In this document: positions 24,874 to 34,830 of the stretch, piece after piece
Numbering within the stretch: the stretch's first letter is position 1
Layout: the number at the start of each line of letters is the position of its first letter
Origin: an uncultured Planctomycetaceae bacterium
Lineage (GTDB): Bacteria; Planctomycetota; Planctomycetia; Pirellulales; PALSA-1355
Direction: 5' to 3'
NCBI GenBank assembly: GCA_963785305.1
Contig: CAWAUV010000007.1
Location: forward strand, 2,048,001-2,112,000
DNA length: 64,000 nt
Notes under the pieces: generated by a model
Database searches by the model: none
What the model was told of the DNA's origin: nothing
Seen by the model: the letters and a program-made list of their open reading frames with translations, nothing else
Position numbers and translations under genes: made by a program

Positions 24874-25542
24874 ATGGACCGCAGAACATTTCTTGCCCGG
24901 ACCGCGCTCTCGCTCGCTTCCGCGGCGATGCTCGCCGGCTGCAAGGCCAATCAATTCGCCAAGGTGCGGAAGCCCGGCGAAGGCGACATGGTGGGCAGCC
25001 ATCAGGCCGGCGCCGAAACCTTCAAACCGCTCGTCGAACAAGCCACCAGCGAGCTGCTCAGCCGGCATTGCCAGCAGGTCGTTCCGGTGGGCACCCTTCC
25101 GCCGCCCCCGCTCAAGATTTGCTTCGTCGGCGTCGAAAATTGCAGCGCCGAGGAAATTGGCGACTTCAAGGATCAAATCTACGAATGCATCGACACCAAA
25201 ATCCTGCAGTCGCAAGTCTTTCAACCGGTGAGCAAACGCTTCGTCGACGCCGGGCTCATGCAGACCCGCTTGCGGCCCGAACAGTTGTTCGTGCCCGACA
25301 ACATGCGGGCCTTCACCGGCGTGATGCAGCAGCAGGGGCAACCAATCGACGCGCTGCTCTACGCCAAGCTCACCTCGGGCACCACGCGCGAAAACAAGGA
25401 CTACCAGCGCGACTACTTGCTGACGCTCGAACTGGTGGATGTGCATAACGGCTCGTCGGACAAACAGTCCGCCACCCTCAGCAAGGGCTACTACCATTCG
25501 CGCCCGGCCAAGTGGCTCAGCTTCACCGGACTCAAGAACTGA
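24874..25542 (+). CDS. LpoB/CsgG-like lipoprotein
   Basis: MDRRTFL..MLAGC signal/lipobox, ICFVGVENCSAEE, YLLTLELVDV; adjacent to a COG3014 gene, a common pairing. Confidence 0.7.
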   Translation: MDRRTFLARTALSLASAAMLAGCKANQFAKVRKPGEGDMVGSHQAGAETFKPLVEQATSELLSRHCQQVVPVGTLPPPPLKICFVGVENCSAEEIGDFKDQIYECIDTKILQSQVFQPVSKRFVDAGLMQTRLRPEQLFVPDNMRAFTGVMQQQGQPIDALLYAKLTSGTTRENKDYQRDYLLTLELVDVHNGSSDKQSATLSKGYYHSRPAKWLSFTGLKN

Positions 25543-25551
25543 TTCGTGCGC

Positions 25552-26889
25552 ATGCGACTCGTAGCTCGTCTTGGAATTTTGTCGAGCCTCGTGATGGCGC
25601 TCGTGGGCTCGGGCTGCGCGACCTATGCCGACCGGCTGGCCGGCATTCGCGAGCAGTTTCGGCTCAACGATCTTACCGGCGCCCAAGAAGACTTGGCCAA
25701 GGCGGCCCGGCATCGTTCGGACCGCGACGTGGTGAATCTCGACACCGCGATCATCAAATTGGCCGACGGCAAGCCGAAGGAAGCGGAAAAGATTCTCCGC
25801 CAGATGCGCGATGAATTCGATCGGCTCGAAGGCGTCAAGGTGGGCGAAAAAGCCGTATCGATGCTCACCGACAGCACCCACGAAAGCTACAAGGGCGAGG
25901 ACTACGAGAAGGTGCTGATTCGCGCCATGCTCGCGATCTCGAACCTGATGGGCGACGGCGGCGACGCCGGCGCCTATGCGCTGCAAGTCTCCGAGAAGCA
26001 GCAGCAGATCATCGAAGCCGGCAAGGGCAAGGACGGCGAGAACCCGAAGCTCGGCTACAAGCAAGTGGCGTTTGGCCCGTATCTGAGCGGCGCGCTTCGC
26101 GAGGCCACGCACAGCAACTACGACGACGTGGCCCGCGCTTGCACTTTGGTGTGCAACTGGCAGCCCGAGTTTCCTTTCGCCCAACAAGACCTGGAGCGGG
26201 CCCGCCACGGCCGGCATTCGGCGCCGGGCAACGGAGTGGTCTATGTGATCGGGCTCGTCGGCGTGGGGCCCCACAAGGAAGAAGCGGTCGAGATCGCGAG
26301 CACCGTGTCGCTCCTCATTGCCGATCGCATCTTGAGCGCCCTCGGAAATCAAGACCTGCCGCCCACGATCGCGCCCGTGAAAGTGCCCAAGGTGGTGCTC
26401 GCCACGAGCGATCCGGGCGCGGTGGGAGTGGCGGTCGATGGCACGCCGGTGGGTCGCACCGCCACGATTACCGACATCGGCCGCATGGCGGTCGACCAAT
26501 ACGACGCGATCTATCCGCGCGTGATCGCCGAAGCCGTGGTGCGGCGAGTGGTGAAGAAAGCCGTGATCTACGGCGCCATGGAAGCCACCGGCACCAAGAA
26601 AGATTCGCTCCAAAGCGTGGGCTTCGATCTCTTGGGCATTGCCTGGGAAGCCAGCGAATCGGCCGATACTCGGTGCTGGGGCCTGCTGCCCGAGAAGATT
26701 CAAGTGCTGCGATTGGAACTTCCGGCGGGCGATCATCAGGTGACGCTGCAAAAGATCGGCGCCACCGGCTATGCGCTCGGCCGCGCCTCGACGACCACTG
26801 TGCATGTGGAAAACGGCCGCAATTCATACATGCTGGCCAATTTCCCCGACTACAACCTCGTCGGCCAAGTGCTCACCAACACACCTTAA
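25552..26889 (+). CDS. COG3014-family TPR lipoprotein
   Basis: Lipobox GSGC, YKGEDYEKVL, ADTRCWGLLP. Confidence 0.8.
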   Translation: MRLVARLGILSSLVMALVGSGCATYADRLAGIREQFRLNDLTGAQEDLAKAARHRSDRDVVNLDTAIIKLADGKPKEAEKILRQMRDEFDRLEGVKVGEKAVSMLTDSTHESYKGEDYEKVLIRAMLAISNLMGDGGDAGAYALQVSEKQQQIIEAGKGKDGENPKLGYKQVAFGPYLSGALREATHSNYDDVARACTLVCNWQPEFPFAQQDLERARHGRHSAPGNGVVYVIGLVGVGPHKEEAVEIASTVSLLIADRILSALGNQDLPPTIAPVKVPKVVLATSDPGAVGVAVDGTPVGRTATITDIGRMAVDQYDAIYPRVIAEAVVRRVVKKAVIYGAMEATGTKKDSLQSVGFDLLGIAWEASESADTRCWGLLPEKIQVLRLELPAGDHQVTLQKIGATGYALGRASTTTVHVENGRNSYMLANFPDYNLVGQVLTNTP

Positions 26890-26925
26890 CTCCGATCCAG
26901 CAACTCCCCCCGCTCGCCTAATCGA

Positions 26926-26952
26926 CTGTTGAATATTTCAACAGGCTACTAA
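26926..26952. repeat. Palindromic CTGTTGAA-TAT-TTCAACAG repeat, copy 1
   Basis: Its reverse complement matches 27667-27693 at 24 of 27 nt. Confidence 0.7.
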
Positions 26953-26983
26953 CCGAAGAGCGTCGCGTGGCGGCTTCCGCCTT

Positions 26984-27610
26984 TTAACGAAGCGGCGTCG
27001 GTTCGCCCTGGGCCAAGTCCCAGAGAATGCCATCGGGGCCCGCGTTGACGACCGCCGTCGAGCCCAGCCACTCCCAGCGGCCGGAGCAGGCGTGGATGTG
27101 GCCCGAGACCACGAGCCGCGGCCAGCAGCGCTCGATCGTCGCGCGCAGCGCTCGGCTGCCGTGGTGCTCGCCATGCGACCGCATGTCCAGCACTCCGTGG
27201 GGCGGTGAATGTGACACCAGCACGCATGCCTCCGGACAATCGTCCAGCAGACTTTCGGCCTCGACTTCGGTGAAGTCCCAGCTCCAGGAGCCGAACGGCG
27301 TCACCGGCACTCCGCCGCCAAGGCCAAAAAACGGCACGCCCTCGATCACGCTGCCCGAGCCGTGTAGCACGCGGGCCGAGGGCCACAGCGCGGCTGCGGC
27401 CGTGAGCTCGGCGAGCGATTCATTGTTGCCCGGCACAAGCACTGCCGGCTTGCAAACTTCGGCCAGCTCTTCCAGGCAGTCCCGCGTGTAACGCCGCGAG
27501 GAGCCGAAATCGCCGGCGCCCACCAACACATCGGCCTGGGCCGCGCGGGCCACCAGCCGCCGGGCCGCGTCGCGATCGCAATGCAAATCACTAAAAAGCA
27601 GCAGGCGCAT
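26984..27610 (-). CDS. Calcineurin-like metallophosphoesterase
   Basis: FSDLH, GAGDF, PGNNE, VSHSPP, SGHIH. Confidence 0.92.
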   Translation of the reverse strand: MRLLLFSDLHCDRDAARRLVARAAQADVLVGAGDFGSSRRYTRDCLEELAEVCKPAVLVPGNNESLAELTAAAALWPSARVLHGSGSVIEGVPFFGLGGGVPVTPFGSWSWDFTEVEAESLLDDCPEACVLVSHSPPHGVLDMRSHGEHHGSRALRATIERCWPRLVVSGHIHACSGRWEWLGSTAVVNAGPDGILWDLAQGEPTPLR

Positions 27611-27666
27611 CAGTAATTCTCCGGCGGAAAGCGAAACCGACCCACCAATACCCCACTTCGGCGACT

Positions 27667-27693
27667 TTAGCAACCTGTTGAAATATTCAACCG
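27667..27693. repeat. Palindromic CTGTTGAA-ATA-TTCAAC repeat, copy 2
   Basis: TTAGCAACCTGTTGAAATATTCAACCG; inverted relative to 26926-26952. Confidence 0.7.
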
Positions 27694-28316
27694 GCCGTGC
27701 CGCGCCATGGATCGCGCTCGGCGCCGTGATCGGGAAAATCTCCAACGCAACCGGCTCTCGTTCGCCAACGCGCGCGTCGCCAGCTGCTGGCTTGATGGCG
27801 CCGGCAGGGCGGGCCTAATCGGACTGGACATTCTCTTCGGAAAAGTCGATCTATCTTGCGTGGCCACGGACCGACGACCGCCACGGGGCTGGCCGCCGCG
27901 ACACGGTTTCGCGGCCGGCGCCGCGAATGGCATTGCAGCCGGCGACCGAGGGCGGTATTTGCTCATTTTTCGAATCGCGCCTACTTCGTCGCGCACATCG
28001 AACAACTCGCGGATCACGGCGTCGCAAGGGCGCCAAACAGCGAGGATCAAAAGGAAGTCTTTTCATGATATCGGCCTTCGCGGTGTTCTGTTTCGGCCTT
28101 TGGCAACTGCGCAAGCTCGCCGCCCGCCGACCAAGCGTGGGCCGGCCGTAAAACGTCGCTCGGGGTTCGCATGCAAAGAGTCCGCCGCCGGCCTTCGGAG
28201 CCTATCCGACAACTCCCCCCCTGCCCATTGGGAAGAGGGTAGGGCGAGGGCTCACCGAAGTTCTCGGATAGGCCCTAAAGAGCTTTCGCGCCGATTTGCT
28301 TTTCAAAAGACGCATC

Positions 28317-28790
28317 ATGCCGATTCGAACTTGGAACACGCCGCGAAATCGCCGCTATGTCGCGCGGTTTCTGATCATCGGCGGCTGCGCCACGGCGGTC
28401 GATCTCACGGCGTATTTATTGCTCACCCAAAGTGCCGGTCTCGCGCCGGCCGCGGCCAAGACCTGTAGCTACTTGATCGGCATGGCGCCCGGTTTCTTGG
28501 GTAACAAGTTTTGGACCTTTGGCTCGAAGCGGCACTCGCTCTCCGAGCCGGCGATCTACGCCACGCTCTATGGAACCACGCTCGCGGTGAATGTTTCGCT
28601 CAACAGCGCCGCGCTATCGGTCTTGGGACACGCGCTGCCGATGAAATTGATCGCCTTCGTATCCGCCACCTCGGTCACGACGCTGCTCAACTTTCTCGGC
28701 CTGCGACTCATCGCCTTCCGCCACGGCATCCGTGAAGCCGAAGCGACAACCGTCTTCACAGCCTCCTCGCCCGCGCACGACGCCGCTTGA
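28317..28790 (+). CDS. GtrA-family membrane protein
   Basis: RFLIIGGCATAVD, FLGNKFWTF, LNFLGLRLIAF; four TM segments. Confidence 0.9.
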   Translation: MPIRTWNTPRNRRYVARFLIIGGCATAVDLTAYLLLTQSAGLAPAAAKTCSYLIGMAPGFLGNKFWTFGSKRHSLSEPAIYATLYGTTLAVNVSLNSAALSVLGHALPMKLIAFVSATSVTTLLNFLGLRLIAFRHGIREAEATTVFTASSPAHDAA

Positions 28791-28882
28791 ATGCGACGCC
28801 CGTAAACGCGACGGCAAGCCACCCCCTCTCCCTCCGGCAAAGGGCAGGCTGAGGGCTCCCAAACAGGCAGCCGGTTGAATAT

Positions 28883-29893
28883 TCATGGCTTCGCCGACGT
28901 GAGCTTTTCGACCAGGAATTTGATGGGGGTCGGGTGCTCGACGCCGGACGCGTTCGGATAGATCAGCTCGCACGACACGCCCACCTCGCGACACTTCTCT
29001 TGCAAAGGCACGCCGTAATTCGCCGAATGCGTCGGGTCCTTGGTGTCCTTCCCCATTTCGGGCGCCGAACCATAGTACAACGCCACCGGCGGATCGTCGG
29101 ATGTCACCAAGTGGTACGGAGAATACTCCTTGATCCACGGCATGATCTCATCGCGATGGGCTAGCCACTGCGCGAAACCGTTTTGCTTCTTCGCCGGGTC
29201 GCCGTTGAAGCCGAAGGCGTGGCCACCATAGTTGGCATTGGGCATCCACTCGCGAACAAGCCGCGGATCGAAACATGTCTGAGCGCCATTCACCGCGGCG
29301 CAGTGCAGCCGCGTCGACTCGCGCGCCACCGGGTCATCGCTCTTCGGATCGGCCATGTCGTCGTGAAACGCCAGCCATAGGCTACTGGCGGCGCCGGCGG
29401 AGCCACCAGTCGCCCCGATTCGGGTCTTGTCAAGTTTCCACTCCGACGCTTTCGAGCGCACGAACTGGAGCGCGCGAGCCGCGTCGCCAAGCGGCCATTG
29501 CACCGGCGGCTTGATTCCAGCCGCGTCGGCTTGTTGCGTGAACCGATATTCGATCGACACCACCGAGATTCCCGCCCGATGATAACTCTTCACATCGACG
29601 CCCTTCGCCTTATCGCCCCCGCGCCAGCCGCCGCCATGAATGAAGAACACGACCGGCGTCGGCGTCTTCGACTCGCATTGATAAAAGTCGAGCACCTGTC
29701 GCGGGTCGTTGCCATAAGCGACGTTCGCCAGGGTCGGCGGTTGCTCGGGCGCGGATTTCTTCCCGTCCGCCGGTTGCTGCGCGGCGGGAGCGTCCGCGGG
29801 TTGCTTCGCGGCGAGAGCGTCCGCCGCAATCGCCGCTCGCGATGCGCACCGCGACGAGAGAACCACGAGCAAGATTGCGGCAGTGCGGAACAT
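28883..29893 (-). CDS. Secreted alpha/beta hydrolase (HSL-like esterase)
   Basis: Signal peptide, FIHGGGW, GGSAG nucleophile elbow, DPTH. Confidence 0.9.
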   Translation of the reverse strand: MFRTAAILLVVLSSRCASRAAIAADALAAKQPADAPAAQQPADGKKSAPEQPPTLANVAYGNDPRQVLDFYQCESKTPTPVVFFIHGGGWRGGDKAKGVDVKSYHRAGISVVSIEYRFTQQADAAGIKPPVQWPLGDAARALQFVRSKASEWKLDKTRIGATGGSAGAASSLWLAFHDDMADPKSDDPVARESTRLHCAAVNGAQTCFDPRLVREWMPNANYGGHAFGFNGDPAKKQNGFAQWLAHRDEIMPWIKEYSPYHLVTSDDPPVALYYGSAPEMGKDTKDPTHSANYGVPLQEKCREVGVSCELIYPNASGVEHPTPIKFLVEKLTSAKP

Positions 29894-30179
29894 GATGGGG
29901 GCGCCTTCTGGTTCGAGGATTGGAATCGTTGCCTGGGCGGGATTGGCCCGCGTGGCAAGAAAGCCACGCATGCGCGCCGCGTCGTCGGGCACGATCGGTT
30001 TTCGTCCGGCGATCGCCGGTTGTCAATGTTTGGAGCGAAACAACATGTCTCACGACTCAAAAGCCGGGCAAACTCCTTCAATGCAAGCAGAAGGAAGACC
30101 CGTTCGGCTATTCTCGAATGCCCCGGGGATAGAGGATTTTGTTAGCTCGCCGCGATCGCCATGGCATGCGTCGTGCGGC

Positions 30180-30870
30180 TCGCCGCGCCAAGGCCGCCGC
30201 CGCTCGCGGCCGGCTCGATCGTTTTGATCCGCCGGCCCAGGCTGTCGTACACATAGCGCGTGGTCGCGCCGTTGGGATCGGTTTGGGCGACCATGTTGCC
30301 ATTGGGATCGTAGACGTAGCTGGTCGTGGGGCCGGGACCGGAGCCGCTGGCCGCCGGCTGCGTGACGCTCGATTGCTCGCCGGCGCCGTTGTAGGCGTAC
30401 GTCGTCACGCGGCCCAGCGGATCGATCACGGCGACCACCTCGTTGTCGGCGTCGTACAGCGTGCTCGTCGTCGGGCCTTGGCCCGCGCCGCCCGAGGGAT
30501 TGGGCGCGACAATGGCCACCTGCCGCTCGAGGCCGTCGTACACGTACCGCGTCGTGGCGCCGTTGGGATCGGTCATGGAAAGCTCGTTGCCGGCGGCGTC
30601 ATACGTATAGGTAGTGGTCGGCGCGGCGGCGCCGGCGGAGGGCGCGGGCTGCGTCACCGAAATCTCGCGACCGTCGCCGTCATACGCATAGCTGGTCACG
30701 TTGCCGAGCGCGTCGGTCATGCTGGTCACTTCGCCATCGAGGTCGTACCCGACATACGTCGTCGGCCCGCCGCCCGCCGCCCCGGTCGCCGCGCTGGGCG
30801 CGATCGTCTCGGTTTGCTGGCCAAGCGCATTATACACATACTCGGTCGTGTTTCCGTCGCCGTCGGTCAC
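30180..30870 (-). pseudogene. Internal YD-repeat fragment of the RHS body (no start, no core, no tip)
   Basis: Near-identical to 40680-41370 and 51487-52172; truncated at both ends. Confidence 0.9.
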
Positions 30871-30919
30871 GCCGATGCGCCATGCGCAACGCGCGTGGGC
30901 GCGCCACCAACCGCATTCT

Positions 30920-30950
30920 CATGCCCACGACAAGCGCGGGCATGGCACCC
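30920..30950. repeat. REP-like hairpin CATGCCCACG-ACAAG-CGCGGGCATG-GCACCC
   Basis: 10-bp stem with one mismatch; resembles planctomycete extragenic palindromes (from recall). Confidence 0.55.
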
Positions 30951-31088
30951 GGCGCCGCATGAAGCCGCCCGCTTCCCATGCCCTTCCCAACCACGGCCGA
31001 AACGCCGAAGGGAAGGCTGCGCGCCGAAGCGGCAAAACAACGTTGGCGCGCGCCCAGGCTGTTTCCCCGGGAACCGTGGCACGCCGCG

Positions 31089-31982
31089 TTACCGCTCCGC
31101 CCGGATTGAGTTTTCCGGAGGAACAGGAGACCACTGGATTTTGATATCAGGTCTCTTAGTACCTAATATCATAAATCCGTCGTGGCTAACAAACGTGTTT
31201 CTAATGTCAACGAATTGAAGTGTGGCGATGGAAGCGATTTGCGAGATAGAAACATCGGATATACTTGTGCCGTTTAAATCTAATTCTCGCAATTGAGTGA
31301 AACGCCGCGGCGAGGCAAACGAGGCATCAGTCACGCCGTCGTTAGAAGCCATACAAAGCTTCTGGAGGCTGCGAGAACGTGAAAGTTCAGCAAGACACCG
31401 ATTGCTAATTCGAGTGGAGGCGAGCGAAAGATCGGTTAAACACTTACATGAGGCAATTTTAGCGACACCGTCGTCAGATATTAATGTACCGTCGAGATAC
31501 AACTTCCTAAGCCGAGGAAATTGCCGAACCAATGCGACTGAGCGGTCGTCAATTCGCGTAAACAGTAAAGACAATATTTCGATGTTGGTTAAGTGCGCCA
31601 GCCCGTGCAAGTCAGACCCGGATAGGCCGCTATGGCTAATATGGAGCTTGCGAAGCCGGCCGAACGCTTGCAGCGATTCGAGAGTATCGCAACTAACATT
31701 GCACCCGCTTAAATCAACGGCGACCACGGAATCGAGCCATTGCGGCGCTGATGACATAAACAGCGACGGCGGCTTCTCGGGAAAGCCATCGCTTGCATCA
31801 AGCGTAATCATCGGGGAAACGAGATCGTTAGAAGCGCCGTAGTAAACGTCGCCCCCAGCGGATTTTATAATATCAATCGCTCGTTCTTGCCGTAAAATAG
31901 ATTGAACAAACAAAGCACATGTAATGCCGCACAACCCAACAAAGAGCAGCAAAGAGCGGAGCGAAAATCGCGGGCGCTTCAT
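31089..31982 (-). CDS. Membrane-anchored leucine-rich-repeat protein, putative immunity for cassette 6
   Basis: N-terminal RFSLRSLLLFV + TM, repeats LRKLYLDGTLISDDG and LRELDLNGTSISD; starts 9 nt after the toxin stop; low GC. Confidence 0.85.
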   Translation of the reverse strand: MKRPRFSLRSLLLFVGLCGITCALFVQSILRQERAIDIIKSAGGDVYYGASNDLVSPMITLDASDGFPEKPPSLFMSSAPQWLDSVVAVDLSGCNVSCDTLESLQAFGRLRKLHISHSGLSGSDLHGLAHLTNIEILSLLFTRIDDRSVALVRQFPRLRKLYLDGTLISDDGVAKIASCKCLTDLSLASTRISNRCLAELSRSRSLQKLCMASNDGVTDASFASPRRFTQLRELDLNGTSISDVSISQIASIATLQFVDIRNTFVSHDGFMILGTKRPDIKIQWSPVPPENSIRAER

Positions 31983-31991
31983 AATCTACTC

Positions 31992-34220
31992 CTATGGCAA
32001 TTCAATCGCGCTTACAAAAGCTTGGGTTGCCATGATTCCAAAAAGTGCTTCGTCGCCCTTATCGTCCTCGCCATTGGCTTCGACCCATTCCTTCCCAGGG
32101 CTTTGCTTGCTCACGTTGCCAACATAATAAAAATAATTGAAATAAACCTTAGCGTTATCGTTCGCGCAGACAAGCTGAGACAAATATATATCCGCCGTAT
32201 CATTATAATTCGCGGGACGATCGAAAATCGATTTCTGCGGCTTAGGGTTCTTGGGCGAATGTCCATCCGTGGACGTCCCGTTTGGATTGCCCGGTCCGCC
32301 ATACCAGGGAGGCTGTCCCGAATTAATCGGTTGTGGATTGAGCGTTGGATTGCTAGGGAACCCTATCGTACCATTGGCTGCCCCGTTGTCGTAATGCGGC
32401 ACGAACTTCGTTGCCATCCAAGCTTTTCCAGTCTCCGACTTTCGCTCGTTGTTTGCAATGACGTGCTGGATCCATCCATATTCATGGCTATCGCCTTCCT
32501 TGGGAATAAACTGCAAAAACACCCCCGGCTTCGAGCCAACGGTATTTTGATAATTGCCAACAGCAGCAGCGATCTTCAGGGAAACGGTTCCGATCGCGAT
32601 CTTATAGTCTTTACTCTTCGCTAGAGGAAATACAAAACGTTCTTCTAATCCGCTCGGGTCGGTCGCATTAGTCGAATTATTTTGGACGAAAGCGAAGAGA
32701 CTCGCTTGTCGGCCCGCAAACCCGATCGGATCGTTCTGCGTCCACAGCCCGTCGACGGCGTCGTAATAACGCGTCATGCTTTTGTCGAGGCCGGTGGCGG
32801 TGTCGTGGACGAAGCCGGTGTAGCCGAAGAGGTAACTGATCGTGGTGTCCGACTGGCTGGTCATGGCGCCGAAGGCGGTGTAGGTAATTTGGTTGACGAT
32901 CGTCGTCGTTGCCGTCGTCGCGTCGTATTCGACCAAGTCGCGAGCCGTGCCTTGGTTGTCGACCAAGGGGTAAAGCACGATGCCGGCTGCGGTGGGGAGT
33001 TCTCCCGCATCCGTCGGGTCGAATTGTTCGTCGGCGAAGACTTGATCCACCATTGGGCCGTCCAAGTAGCGGTTCGTGAGGGCGTTCGTGCCGTCGAGCG
33101 TGGCGACGATGGCTTGGCCGTCGTACACGAACTTTGTTTCGGTCGTGGCGCCGCCGGCTACCGCGACAGTTTCCGAAACTTGCCGGCCAACCGCGTCGTA
33201 CGCGTACGTCACCGTTTGCGTGACCACGCCGGCGCTGGTGTAGCTGGTGACGCTGGTCAATTCGTTGCGGTAATCGTAAGCGTAGGTCGTATACGCGCCG
33301 GTGGCGATGTTGGTTTGCTCGATGCGATTGCCATCGGCGTCGTACTGGTAGTCGTATGTGCCATCGGTGATCAGCGTGTTGTTGGCGCCGGTCGAGGAAC
33401 TTGTGGTGGCCGAGCCGGTTGTCGTCGATTGGCGGTTGCCCGTCGCGTCGTAGACGTAGCCTTCATCGAGCGAGGAATCGTTGACGCCGGTCGCGCCGGT
33501 AAGCTGGCCGGCCGGGTCGTAGGAGTACGTCAGGTTCTCATTGGAATGCTCGGTGTTACTGAACGAAGTGATTTCGCCCAGCGAATTGAACGTCCAAGTG
33601 TAACCTGCGAGCGTGTTGCCCTGGGCGGTGTACGTCAAACCGGTCAAGTCACCAGCGCCATCGTAGCCGTAGTTGCTTGTGTAGACGTTGTTGGCGCCCG
33701 CGAGATCGGCATACGTCGAGACGCCGGTGATCTGACCGTTGTTGTTGTACGAAAGATTCACCCGCTTAGTTCGACTTTCGCGGTTTTCAAAAGTTCCGAT
33801 AGCCCGATTCGTCGTGGTTTCTCCGATTTCGGCGCGTTTCCGGCAACCTTCGGCCTCTCGGTAACATGCAAAAATTGGCAGTTCGGCCGTCAAACTGTGC
33901 AAAACCCACGAGAAATCGGCGATTCGAGTGCTAGCAAAAAACGCGAAACTTGAACTTAGGCGCGACGTAATCGCCGCCGGATTGGCCCTGCTGCGTGACG
34001 CTCGTCTGGCGGTCGAGGTTGTCGTACGTATAGTTGTTGACGTAATCGGCGGTCCCGTTGATCGACAAGGCGCTCGATGTGCGGTTCCCGTTCTGGTCGT
34101 AGCCATTCGTCAACGTCACGGGGCCTGAATATCCGTTGCCGGTCACGCTATCGGTCGCGACCTGGCCTTCGTTGTCATAGCTGAGCGTGTCGGTCGTGGT
34201 CGACGCGGCGGTGTTGGTCA
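31992..34220 (-). pseudogene. Orphan RHS cassette 6 (core + unknown tip), interrupted by a 187-bp element
   Basis: RHS core ..RYYDAVDGLWTQNDPIGFAG..NNSTNATDPSGL, then a ~215-aa AT-richer tip with WIQ..PWY..FDRP. Confidence 0.88.
33769..33955. mobile_element. 187-bp MITE-like insertion, copy A, TTA target duplication
   Basis: Intact site CCCGC-TTA-GGCGCG is visible in cassette 1 (~50373-50386); here it reads TTA[GTTCGACTTTCGCG...CGCGAAACTTGAAC]TTA. Confidence 0.9.
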
Positions 34221-34830
34221 GTCAGGTGACTCTGCGAACAGAATTAAATCCCCGCCCTCGTCGACAAGAACCTCAAATGGCAGTCCCTCATTCGTCCTTC
34301 CTTGCTTGTAGAACCTCGCAGTTGGTCCGTCGATCCGTTGCTCCGCCTCCGGAATGGATTCACGTTGCCGGCGTAGGGTGGTCTCATTAGTGCTTTTCAA
34401 ATGATTGAGTGCGACAAAATCATTTACCGTTTGTGGCGGGATGCGCAAGCGAATGAAAAACCAGTATGGATGTATCAACGATGGATCATTATATACTCGA
34501 ACGCTTGATAAATCCGCCGGAAGCCTAAGCGACGTCTTGTTTGAAACATATGCTAACGACATCTTAGTATCGAAAAGCGTGAACATGTAATAGCAAGTAA
34601 TGATCGCACATGTAATGACGATAAGGCAACCAATCGCGACGGATACCCTTCGGTTCCATACTCCGGCTGTTCGTCGATCTTTATTATCTGTGTGCATCGC
34701 AGTGAAACCGCAGAAAACGACGGCGGCCGATCAAAGAGAAATAAAAAGCCAAGACGATCTCAAATTGAACACGATCGCGTACATCTCGCGCAATGAGGAA
34801 CTGGATCAAGGAATTGCTAATCCTGGTCAT
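34218..34830 (-). CDS. Membrane-anchored putative immunity protein for cassette 5 (main ORF 34218-34697; possible frameshifted N-terminus from 34830)
   Basis: Directly downstream of the toxin; TM VAIGCLIVITCAIITCYYMF followed by a soluble domain; low GC. Confidence 0.6.

Noticed and set aside
28215..28856. CCCCTCTCCC..GGGAGAGGG..GAGGG-like repeats on both sides of the GtrA gene
   Set aside because: Degenerate copies of a common REP-like palindrome; no evidence of a special function here.
31992..34106. N-terminal part of the 704-aa ORF as given in the ORF track
   Set aside because: It is out-of-frame RHS sequence plus read-through of the 187-bp insertion, not a real protein N-terminus.
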